Assembly: GCA_964234715.1 (NCBI GenBank)
Contig: OZ174277.1
Length of the DNA stretch: 64,000 bases
Strand: one strand, 5' to 3'
DNA from: Podarcis melisellensis
Taxonomy: Eukaryota
Made by a program: the position numbers and the translations under genes. Below are positions 1-11,161 of the stretch, in pieces. The stretch's first letter is position 1, and each line of letters opens with the position of its first letter. The notes under the pieces were generated by a model. That model ran no database searches, was not told the DNA's origin, and saw only the letters and a program-made list of their open reading frames with translations.

Positions 1-1270
1 ATCATGTCACTGGCCACAACCCCCTCAGCAGCTGCATGCTTGGGCAGGAGTGTGAAGGGCAGCAGCACATGTACTTACTGGTCATGGTTCCTCCTCTCCT
101 GAAGGCCTTCACAGTTTTCAGTTTTAAACAAATAGGCCCCTTTCATGCTACTATCAAATGCACAGTGCAAGGGAGTGTGACTACTAGCACTTGCAGTTCA
201 GCTACTCAACCACCCTTTCTGAACATACCCAGTGCATCTGAAGATGATCTTGTTTTGCTGACATGAACTCATCTTTTAGCACTGGATGTGGTGATACCAT
301 AAGCAGTAGCCACTGTTACACACACTTGCTAGACTCTAGAAGGAAACCTGCATTTGGAAGGAAGCTTCCACTTACTGATGACAGGCTTCTCTTGTCTCAG
401 TCATGGTTAAAGAATGAAAGGAGGTGGTAGCCAAAGACCGAAAGGCCATGGGCAAAATTTATGTGAGCCATAAGGACACAGTATTATATTATTTGAACTA
501 ATGTTATAATGCAAGGTCTGCTGTTTAAGTGGCTAAAGAGCCCATCGGTTTACAATGCCATTTTTTAAAAATAGGTAAGATATGCATGGGTATTTTCAGC
601 AAAAAATAGTTATCTATGGTCCCGTTCAATGTATTTTATGTGAAGCTAACTAATACTAGCTTTTAAGAGAAGTGGTTAACAATGGCATTACTGAATAGGC
701 TGATTTAGTCATGACAACCTTTTGCCACAGATATGAGAGACAATCCCAAGGGCTGAAAAATATATTATGAATGAATGAAAGCTGCAGTTTTATCTATTAG
801 AAAACATGAAAAGAAATGTACAAGTAATTTTCATACTTCAGGTTGTATTTCTATAGTTGTGTAGATGGCATTTTGTAGTAACTACTGTAATTCAAGAATG
901 TATTTCTAAAAGGAACTTGGAAAATTGTTTTTGGATATAACTAATGCTATTATTTATATGCCATATAAAATTTGTAGCATCATATTTAGGTCAGTTCAAA
1001 ATGGTTATGTAAACTTGACTTTAAAGTCCAGTTAGGCCGCTTGTCTATGATCCTATGCACACTTGGAAGTAAGCCGTAACAGTAAGCCCCAAATCACCAA
1101 TATTACCTAATTAAATGTGTTTAGGATTAGGTATTAAACCTTCAGCTTTATGTGTGTAGATTTAGAAGCACAGCAGATCTGAATTTCAGTTAATTAGGTT
1201 GCCACAGACACCAACTCTGGATAGAGATTTCTTTTAAAAACTTAACAAAATTAGCTATATGAACCAAAGT

Positions 1271-1274
<4 letters not shown>

Positions 1275-1320
<46 letters not shown>
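1275..1320. repeat. (TC)23 microsatellite
   Basis: Perfect dinucleotide run read directly. Confidence 0.98.
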
Positions 1321-1324
<4 letters not shown>

Positions 1325-2371
1325 TTTTTGGTTTTCACTTTTGTGGGGAAAATGGAGAGGAATTATTTATCGCCAGATTCTGGAATGAGAGAGAAGAAAT
1401 GCAAGGCAAAGTATCCATTTTCATTTGCCTGAAACCTAAGCTGGGGCTAAATTCACTCAATTACAGAAAACCAAATTTGTCATTCAATAATGCCTCTGTA
1501 AATCCGCTTGTGTATTTGGTATATCTCTCTGCATGAAAGAGATTTTACACAATATTCTGGATGTGGATGCCATTTCATCCAAAGTGGAAGGTAAGGTTAC
1601 TACTTTAGAAAAAGCCAGTGGATATTTAACAAAAGGGGAGTGAACAAATCAAACACACCTATAGCTTATTCAATAGTTCTATTAATTCCACTTCTGTGTA
1701 CCTTTGTGCCTTTTATTTTAGCTGATGGCTTAATAATAATCTTATTTTTTAAAGTTATGAGAGTATCAAGTTGTTGCACTTTGTTTCCTCTGCTTATTAG
1801 TATTATTTTTTAGCTTGTAGGCTTGTGAAAAATAACTTTCATAAATAGAAATATTTTCTAAAAGCTGTGGGTCAATATTTGAGAAAGCAGTCTGATCTTT
1901 ATTTTCCAGCTTTTCTGTATATGAAGAACATTAAACAGAATGTATTAATTTTGTATATATTAGGTATAGTACATCATTGATAATCAGTGGAGAAGGCAAG
2001 GGAAAAGGGGCTATCTTTAAAAGCACAGCAGATATGTACTGGATCAGTCTCCCAAGACTGGTAGTTTTTCAAAATTGGGTTCAGTTTTTGAACCACTCAG
2101 AATACCTCGTGTAAATAGAGTTGTCATGACTTAAATCGAAATGCATCCAGTGTTGTTGTTTTTATTTTATTTTTAAAGAGCCACTGGTTGGCTCATGTCT
2201 TCAGGCCTGTCATTCTTGCCTCTTTTTGTAACTTTTTTTTTTAGTAGAGTTTACAGCTAGAATTTTGAATGCCAAAGTTCTATTTATTAAATAATAAAAG
2301 TTTTCATTGTTAATTACTAGTATTTTTCCACTCAATTTGTTTGATGTTTGGATTTGTATCTACAGAGCAAA

Positions 2372-2377
2372 AATAAA
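2372..2377 (+). terminator. Candidate polyadenylation signal (AATAAA) of the plus-strand gene
   Basis: TGTA just upstream, and a U/GU-rich element tttttgttttgttttc at 2398-2413 about 20 nt downstream; another AATAAA at 2293-2298. Confidence 0.55.
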
Positions 2378-2857
2378 TTTTGTTACAAAATCTAGACTTT
2401 TTGTTTTGTTTTCAGTTTACATTGTGCTTAAATATACCAGCTTTGGGAAATGTGTCATCTGTACAGTCTGCGTTCCTGCGAACACTTGCTGGAGGGTGAG
2501 CAAGGCTGAATATGGACTTTCCTCCCATGTGAACCTCACTAGTCTCATGCTATGTAGGGGGAGGGATATGAAGAATGCCAGTTAAATAGAATTGTGCTTC
2601 ATCTAGGTTCTCCTATCTACATGGAGCCATTCCCTCTATATGTGAATGGGGAATCCTTATAGAAGGAAGCTGTGTCTTTCTGAATGATCACAATAGATTT
2701 CTGGATCACATATAATTATGCTGCCTATGTCCCATCAAATAACTCTGCAGGCAAAGACAATGCTTTGTACCCATGTTAGAAATCATGAATTTCAAACAGT
2801 TAACTTGTGAGGGACAGAAATGATTTTATGAGACCACCTACAGTTCCTTTCATGTGC

Positions 2858-2954
2858 AAACAAAATAAAAAAATTCCTTCCAGTAGCACCTTAGAGACCA
2901 ACTAAGTTAGTTATTGGTATGAGCTTTCGTGTGCATGCACACTTCTTCAAATAC
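2858..2954 (-). mobile_element. Penelope-like element terminal-repeat fragment with a core-mutated hammerhead motif
   Basis: Reverse complement matches 3778-3875 with 3 mismatches in the first ~80 nt; core reads TTGAAGA instead of CTGAAGA. Confidence 0.8.
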
Positions 2955-3170
2955 AAGATACACATATCTCACAGCTCTGCATCATGTGCTAGTGTAGTGT
3001 TTGAAACAAGCCAACTGCAAACAATATGTTATAATGGTGGCCAGGCTATGCAAGCTGTAGTTTACTATTGACCACAGTTTGTGGTTAATAGAAATCTGAA
3101 GCAAAAGCTTCTAGTCTCTTCTTCCCAACTCTACCAGAGGAGGAGAGGGAGAAGTGTTCAAAGTCAAGAC

Positions 3171-3330
3171 TAGGGCCGGGCGATATATCAATATATACTG
3201 TCTTATATCAATATTAAGAACAAATTGTGATAACTGTTTTTTAAAAATTACCTGGCAATATATCGTGAACCATGTGTGCATTTCTGTGCAATAGTAAAAA
3301 AGCATGATATTGCAAAAATTGGGAAGCCAG
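3171..3330 (+). mobile_element. Left end of a degenerate hAT-like non-autonomous element
   Basis: Starts tagggccgggcgatatatc, resembling hAT TIRs of the TAGGGCTGGGCGAT type, with cgatat/atatcg subterminal motifs; no matching right TIR found. Confidence 0.4.
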
Positions 3331-3727
3331 TGCTGTTTCCTGTCCTGTGCTGCCAATGCTATTGCTAACTCTGCCTCAGCTGCTCTTCCGTGCCTTCTGC
3401 AGCGGCAGCAGCAGCAGGCTGATGCAAAAAGTGCACTGCGGGGTAACACCCTGCCTTAGCTCTCCATCTCCTCTGCCTCCTCAGCGGCAGGCAAAAATGG
3501 TCCTTGGAGATACCATGTGTGTGCACATGCATGCAGCCCAAGTTTGCCTGAGCGCTCCATCTCCTGAGCAAGCGGAGCTCAGCCTGCAAGCTGGAACTTC
3601 CCTCCATGCACTTGTACGCAATTGTCTCTGTGTCTGTGTGTTTGCCTCCTATCCTCCTCCAGACCCTCTCCCTACCCTAGAACTCTTCTTAATTCTCCCC
3701 TTGCACTTTTGCTTTCTCACACATTTG

Positions 3728-3912
3728 ATAAAATAAAAAAAATCCTTCCAGTAGCACCTGGTATCTGTAGATACCTGGTATCTGAAGAAGTGTGCATGCA
3801 CACGAAAGCTCATACCAAGAACTAACTTAGTTGGTCTTTAAGGTGCTACTGGAAGGAATTTTTTTATTTTATTTTGACTATGGCAGACCAACACGGCTAC
3901 CTATCTGTAACT
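3728..3912 (+). mobile_element. Short Penelope-like retroelement insertion (inverted fragment plus forward terminal repeat) with target-site duplication
   Basis: 3730-3759 is an inverted copy of ~3841-3871. The direct repeat ctcacacatttg at 3716-3727 and 3911-3922 flanks it. A partial inverted terminal repeat and a hammerhead motif are hallmarks of Penelope-like elements. Confidence 0.85.
3776..3817 (+). ncRNA. Minimal type I hammerhead ribozyme motif (Penelope-associated)
   Basis: TGGTAT (stem I) - CTGAAGA (core) - A - GTGTGC at GCACAC (stem II) - GAAA (core) - GC - TC (cleavage after C3811) - ATACCA (stem I complement). Confidence 0.8.
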
Positions 3913-5898
3913 CACACATTTGTTATTATTAATAACAGATTACTATATTAACGTTAATATATTCTCCAGAAATATGTAATGTTACAGTTGGTATGCTATC
4001 ATTGTGTAAATTTTCATATAATTAAATGCATCAAATTTTCCTTGCAAAAATATATATTTTTGATTAATAATTTTTTATTCTGTAAATTCCTATCCGTTCC
4101 TTCTGGTTAGGCCTGGTGTGTGTGTGTGTACGTACAGAATTTTTTTGTTCTGTTAAAATGTATCCATTTCATTCTTTCTACTTTGGCTTGGTTTAGAAAA
4201 GAAAATTAACTAACAATCTAATAACTGGTGTTGTAGGTTGCACACATTCAACTAAGACTCAATAGTGAAATATATTTGTGTCAGGATTTGTACCACATTG
4301 TATCTCAGACTGGGGGGTTACAGATTTGCTTCCCAACCCATATGAAAAATGATTGCAATTCCCTCCAAGACACACACCATACAATTATAGTGAGCTTCTC
4401 CAAACAAAGAATCAGAACGAAATAAAACACACCAATGAGGTTACACTTTGAAAGGCTAGATTTCTTAGGGCACAAGTTTCCACACACTACAGTCCACTTC
4501 AGAAGGGTGTTAGCCCAGGGGTGACTAACCTTTTTTGGACCGAGGGTCACATTGAAGACAGGCCACATACCTTGATCATGTGTATACACATGGCTACATG
4601 CACATGTTAAACACTCACACAGACATTCAGCTTGGGGAAGCGGACAGGCAGACCCACATGTCTGGCCTGTGAAGAAGAGCAAGAGCAGCTTTCTAGCACT
4701 AGCTGTTTGCATTTTTAAAAATGCATGCATTAACTGCAAAGACATCTCTAGCATGTCTTGTCTGGCCCTAAAAGCTGGGAGTTACAAGGTCCCATGGTTT
4801 GAATAACTGCCATACATTTGAACTTGGCTGTGTTGCCACAAGCAAAGCACCGTTTCTCAGCCAATACTACTCGCCTACCTTCCAAAGCTGTTGTAAGGGT
4901 TAGTGGAGTTGAAGGCACTTTGTATGGGGTAAAGCATCCCATAAATCCTAAGTCATAGAAGTAACATTAAATGTTAGCCTGGATGTGAGGGAATGGCAGA
5001 AGGGACCGAGCATGTCTGTACAGGCTGGGCCTTTCAGCTTTAATTTGTGAATATGTTTTAGCCCCTCAATCTTCTGTTTTAAATATACTAATCCTGCAAC
5101 CCTACAAAAATGTAGCTGGGTAGAATCTCTCCGTACTATGCATATACTGACTAGACAGAGAAAGGCGAAAAACTGCTAGAGCAAAGAAGGGCTGCATTGA
5201 TAGTTCTGTTTAGCAACAACTTCATCCAGAAGATGTCACCAGAATACAAACCATGCTTGGTTGCTGCTCCTGCTGTGAGGAACACTAATGAAGGGATTTA
5301 AAATTAGAGGGTTTTAAATTAAAAAAAGCTCTAAAGGGAACATAAAGTATCTCACAATGTTATGTAAAAGCTGCCATTAATTAGAGCCAAGAGAACAAGC
5401 CCATGGGCCAGCCCAGCAAGACTGGTGGTATATTAATTAAACAGAGTGTGAGAAGAGGAGGGTGCTACTCAATGCTTCCTGATTTAATGTTCAAAACAAT
5501 CTGTCTTATAAAACAAGTTGAGGACATGGATTACTGGGTTCAAGCTGTACCCCACTGAAACCTTTGGTGGGACACAAAAGCTAATGAGCTAGGATATTAT
5601 GTCCCCCTTAAGGGCTCTGATTTGGGCCATACATTTGGTCCCCTCATTCTGTAGCTCTGCGTACATGAGAGCGATCCCCATGGGGATTCTATATAGCTCC
5701 TACAACTGGACACACTATCCCACGCCTCTCCAAGTCCTCCATGCATAGGCTTATCTTCCAAAGAGTAGGTGTCATCTCCTCGTGTGTACTTTTAGAGCAA
5801 CCTCCCCCAGCCTGGATCTCTCGTCCTCCATGACCATTTGCCATGCTGGCTGCGGCTGATGGGAGTTGGAGTTTCCCATCAGCCTGGACAGCTCATCT

Positions 5899-6115
5899 GG
5901 TTGCAGGTTCAATCCCTGTAGGGACAGCTGCATATTCCTACACTGCAAACTCGCCCCCCAGATGTTTGGGGACTACAATTCCCATTATCCTTGACCCCTG
6001 TTCCTGCTAGCTAGGGATGATGGCAGTTGTGGTCCCAAAACATCTGGAGGGCTGAGTTTGCCTATGCCTGGACTAGATGGTCCTCATGATCCCTTCCAAC
6101 TCTACAATTCTATGA
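5899..6115 (+). mobile_element. CR1-tailed SINE relic interrupted by a hAT-type MITE (5945-6070)
   Basis: B-box-like ggttcaatcc, CR1-type 3' end cccttccaactctacaattctatga; the inserted segment is palindromic and related to 9123-9258. Confidence 0.7.
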
Positions 6116-8029
6116 AAAGCTTGAGCACCGAAGAGTGCTGTGCAGTAATAGGCTGGTGTATCTGCATGAGGCATGGAAGGGCCTTCCTTGAGTATCAATA
6201 GATATAACTTTGTGCAGGGAGGGAATGAACAGGCTGAAAATTTCTGATTTACAGCACCTCTTCATAAATTTACCTACTTCCCCCTGCTAGGTGCCCATTC
6301 AGTTAAACCATCTATCACTTATCATGCCACTACTGCACTGTCATTAGTCACTCATAAACTTGCATGTTGCACAGAAATTATCCACGTCAGTTCTTTGCAG
6401 TTCATTCCAAGAATAACAGTTTGGTGTGCTTGCATTCCTTAACCAAATTTAATTGCTGTGATATTGCACCATATGCCAAATATCACATTTTCTACAACAT
6501 AGAATTTTATTTATAAACAAAGAAAAAAATGCAGGCAGCAAGACACACACACACAACAACCCAGTAAAGGAATGAATAAACTCCCTGATTATAGTCCTTA
6601 GTATTTAGAACACATATTTGATATTGAATTAATCAAGTGGATTATCATCTCTGACTGTACTTTACAATCAGTACATTTGAGTCGCCACTTTACCCTTTGA
6701 AAGCATGAGACAAACATTGTGCTCCAAAGCACCAACACATCCTAGACCCATTTCCTGTTGTAAGGAAGATTCATGTGGTGGAAAAAAGATTTCCCTCACA
6801 CAGCCAACATCGAAATAATATTCCTGCAGCCGCCAGAACAACACTGGGGCCACACATAGTAAATTCAAGTTTTGGTAACCTAAAATGTGATGTGTCACAG
6901 CTTTGATCAACATGAAAATGGATACATTTCTGCAACAAACACCATGGTCCCTTGTAAGAATAAAACAAAAGTGAAGGTACCCTTATGTGGTATGAATACT
7001 GAATTTAAGCAATACAAAACTAGATGTTAATTCTGTTCAGTAACACCTATGAGCACAAGAGTTCCTCTGAATCTTTACTTAATTGGGACAAGATTTATAT
7101 GCCTGACATGATGCTATTTTATCAAGTATGGCAACAGCAAAAGCGAAAAGGAGCCACTTCCAGACACTGATGACAAATCCTTCCACATTATCTTCTCTAA
7201 AATACACCCAAAAATGATCATCGAATTCTGCCTGCAGTTTAGTGTTATTAGAATACAGCTTTCCTAGGCAAATTCTTTATCTAATGTGTCCCACACACAG
7301 TGTGTGTAACAGAACATGTGACATTCCTGCTATAGAGAGTTGTTGGCATCCATCTGTTCTGAGACAATGAAGTGTGCCCCCGAGGGGTGGAGTCAAACAG
7401 CTGCATTAGCAGCAATAAGTGGCTTGCCTATGCAAGTAGGCACAAGCCTACGCAGTGTATATGGAGATCCTGGGCTGCCCAGAGGACAAGACCACCACCC
7501 CCCAGCCCTGCTGATGTGAGCAGGACAAGGGGGAAACCGCTCAGACCCATGCCTAGAAAACGCAAAGGAAGCAAAAAAACCCTACTCAGATCTGTGCTCT
7601 TTAGGCACAGCACAAGTGGAAGTGTGGACAGGGCCCATGTCTAGGCATGTTTATTTTATTGTATTCACTGGGGCTTACTCCAAGGTAAGTTATGCCTAGG
7701 ATTTCAGTCTTAGGGTTTCTGGTAGCCAGGTATCAAATTTTTAGTTATTAAGACCACCATAGGAAGTCCTTCTTGGTGTCCCACCTACAAGAAAAGTACA
7801 CAGGTATGTGCAACAGAGAGGGCCTTTTCCAGTGGCAGCTGCTGGACCCTGGACTTGGAAGAGCAACTAGGCAAGGCCTCAGAGGTTGAAGACAGGGCGA
7901 AGGGAGAGTTAAAAGGCGCCACACTGAACTGTTAACAAGGGCCTCCATAAACTTCCAGCACAATGGGAAAAGATGACCCCTTCCTCCAGCTTTGTGACTT
8001 CTAGGTCTACTTTCCAGAATATGGAATAA

Positions 8030-8210
8030 AGTGGTAGGTTCTTAATCAGACTAGGATTTAAAAGAAGAGGTTCAAAATCACCACAGGGCCATGAAGCTTA
8101 TTGTAAAACCTTGGGCCAGACATGGCCTCTCAGCCTGACCAACCTCACAAGGATGTTGTGAGGATTACATGGGGAATAGGGATACCTTGTTTGCTACTTT
8201 GAGCTCTTTC
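8030..8210 (+). mobile_element. CORE/MIR-like tRNA-derived SINE
   Basis: ggttcaaaatc B box followed by core-like ccttgggccag...ctctcagcct...cctcacaagg...gttgtgaggatt; related copies at 39790-39952 and 43520-43670. Confidence 0.7.
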
Positions 8211-9122
8211 AAAGGATGTAGTGATTTACCGGTAAATGTAAAAGAAGATGATCTCCCACCTGTCTGCCCCCCCCATTCTGAAAGGAGTTTTGGAATAATA
8301 CAAAAACACCTAAAAAAACCCCCACCAACTAGGATATTGCCTAGCAATAGATTTCAAGTGCAGGTCCTCAGCAAATCCATTGTGTGGGAAAATGCTGGGA
8401 CAGGAATCTGAACCATCCCCTGCAGTTTTCTACATTTGTAATAATGTTTTAAATTTGTTCAAGTGTTTTGTAGTGTTTTCTCCTCACAACAGCCTTGCAG
8501 AGTACACCACCAGCACAATTTTAGCAAAAGGAAAGAAAACGTACTTCCCCCTTAACAAAGCCACAGGCTTGGAGGACACCCAAAGTATCATTCAAACCAA
8601 CCCCCAAATCCTGTAACAATACATTTCCTGTTTTTCATTTCTGCTGTGAGCGATGGGTTTGTTACCCTTTGAAAGTGTACCACACAATTTTATGTACAAG
8701 CTCTGAGAGTAATCTACCCCACGGCTATCTCAACAAGAAGACATAAACGCTCCATTCCCCAAATACAATAGTAATATAACTTTAAAAATAAAATACAGAC
8801 TCACATTTGGTGCACCAGTGCCCTGCGGTCTTGCTCCTTCACAGAAGCACCAATAATCCTTCCACTGGTCAAGCCATTAATAATAGAAGGGGAGAAGCTG
8901 CTTTGCTCATCTGGTGGCTGGGCTCTCAGCAAAATGGGGCTTTACCCACAATTCAGCAGGCTGCTTTTTAAAGGAAAAGGTCTGGGCATGCTCAGATCAG
9001 AAGACTGATTCTAATTGGCTGCCAGTTTTCAGGGCTTGGGAGTAAAAAGGCAAGCAATTTGGGGAATATTTTTCTCAGCTGCCTGCTAACACCTGTGACC
9101 TCATTAGCTGGATTGCCTATAA

Positions 9123-9258
9123 CAGTGATGGCCAAACTTGGCCCTCCATCTGTTTTGGGACTACAACTCCCATCATCCCTAGCTAACAGGACCAGTGGTC
9201 AGTGATGATGGGAACTGTAGTTCCAAAACAGCTGGAGGGCCAAGTTTGGCCACCACTG
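9123..9258. mobile_element. Complete 136-bp palindromic hAT-type MITE with 8-bp TSD
   Basis: TIRs cagtgatggccaaacttggccctcca / tggagggccaagtttggccaccactg; identical flanks GCCTATAA at 9115-9122 and 9259-9266. Confidence 0.93.
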
Positions 9259-9611
9259 GCCTATAAGGCTACAAGTGAAGATATGGACCAGGTGCCCTAT
9301 CAGTTGCTATGTGTGTGTGTTTTTCTGCCTGAATTTGAATGGGAGGGATTTCCTGCCTAAAGCAATAGTTTTGGCTTTGATTGGTTGAGCAGTGGAACAA
9401 ACTGCTTGACCAGAGAATGGCTGATTGTCAGAAATAGCTACAACAGTTCAAATCGAAGGCTAGGGAGTGTGCAGGTAACAGAAAATAGTGTGGCTTTGGA
9501 CAGCAGGCTGTTTGGGGGGGGGGAATTTGTAATTCCCCCCCTTTAAACCACACATGACTGGGCAGTGCCCCAGTGACTCTATTTGACCAGCTTCCACTGG
9601 CCTTTGTGAAA

Positions 9612-9644
9612 GGGGACACAAGTGGTGCTGTGGTCTAAACCACT
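9612..9644 (+). mobile_element. Probable 5' head fragment of a Sauria SINE
   Basis: ggggacacaagtggtgctgtggtctaaaccact resembles the remembered Sauria SINE start with CpG decay; very short. Confidence 0.45.
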
Positions 9645-11125
9645 TGATTTTCATTGCTTTTAACATTATTTTATGTATTTCAGGATTTATGCTCCCTGCT
9701 CTGAATGATGTGGTAAATGAATTATTTAACTAACTAACTAACTAAATAAATAAATGGGGTGAATATTCCAAATACTTAAGCACCAACAACAGGGTTCTCA
9801 TCTCTTAGGATGTTTCCAGCCCTGTTTAACCAAACAAGTGTACTTATTCCTACCGCAACATCTTTCCTCATCCCAAATGGCCGAAGGGTTCCTGCTTGAA
9901 TAATGAGTTTGTTGTCCAGAGCATAGAGGAGCATTTGTTAGGATTACACAAGCTTTTCCTCATGGAATGCACTGGTGGAAGAATGTGAACATCTGTTAGA
10001 AAAAAAGTGTTATCTGAAAAGCCAGATTTCAGAACGAGGCTTTGCATGTGAAGCTGGGAGTGACTCCACCTTCACACCCTTTGGTCTGGTGGCACTCAAT
10101 TTTGTGTGTGCTTATTTTATGATTTGCTTTTGGGCTCATGGAAGCTTCATTGCCATTGGTATACTTTTGGTCTTCAACTACAGTCACACCAAACCTATTT
10201 AACAAGATTTTACTGAGGAACTTAGGAAATAAGTACTTGTTGTGTTTATTTAAAAAACACAAATGAATGAGCCCCATACACTGCATTCATTTTAGCTATA
10301 AAAATGAATTGGAATGCAAGCAGGGGGACTACTCCTTGCTCACTGAATTATTTCCTTATTCATTTCTATTCAGATAAAAACTAGTCCAGAACAAGCCTGC
10401 ACAGAAAAGTTACAGCGAGTTAGGAAGAGCCAAGTTGTTTAGGCTGTGTCTGTGTCTTTCAAAAATTGCCTATAAAATAGCTACCCTCTCCCCAAACTGT
10501 TTGGAATTTGACAGGTATAATGCTGTGCCTGAGAATGTCATGCCCATTTGTATGGAAAACACAAGCTACAGGCAGCAGAACACTAGTCTGTCTCCCTCTG
10601 AAGGCAATGGGATATGAAAAAGAAAGGGAATTATTAAAATGAATGAACTAGTTCTGAATAAATAATGAAATCAATCAACTGCAAAGAACTTAAAAACAAA
10701 ATTAAAAGAGAAACATAAAAAACCCCTCTCCTTATATACATCTAGAAAGGAATGTGCAACAGCACAAGTGAGGATGCTTCTATCACAGTACTTTAGGCTT
10801 TCTGGGAAAACTATCATTAGTCTACAAGCCTCTCTCCTCCTGTAATGCCTTCCCTCTCTCTTAAGAAGTAGCTTGACTCAGGAGGGTCTGGTGCCAAAAT
10901 CTGTACAGTTACTGGAGAACACAGCTTTAGCAGCCATTAAATAAAATTTAAAAATTATTCCATTTCTATCCCGCTCTTTCTCCCAAAGATCAGGGTAGCA
11001 GGTTTTTAAAATACAAAGGTTTTTAATGCTTTGTTCTGTTATTGATGCTGGAATATATCTAAACCACCATGGGCCCTTTTAAGAGGAAGGTTGGGGGTAA
11101 CAAACAAAATAAAATTCTATTGCCT

Positions 11126-11161
11126 TGAGTGCCTACTTCATTCTGAGTGCCTACTTCATTC
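11126..11161. repeat. Perfect 18-bp tandem duplication (tgagtgcctacttcattc x2)
   Basis: Read directly. Confidence 0.95.

Larger units (their letters stand above)
1..2395 (+). other. Probable distal 3' UTR of a convergent plus-strand gene (CEP85L expected from amniote synteny; no coding sequence in the window)
   Basis: AU-rich, nearly transposon-free, many TGTA motifs, ending in two AATAAA signals. Gene identity rests only on the remembered SLC35F1/CEP85L tail-to-tail arrangement. Confidence 0.45.

Noticed and set aside
8903-8921. CTCF-like motif (CCACCAGATGAGCA on the minus strand)
   Set aside because: Mismatches in the conserved 3' half; cannot be supported without a PWM score or ChIP data.
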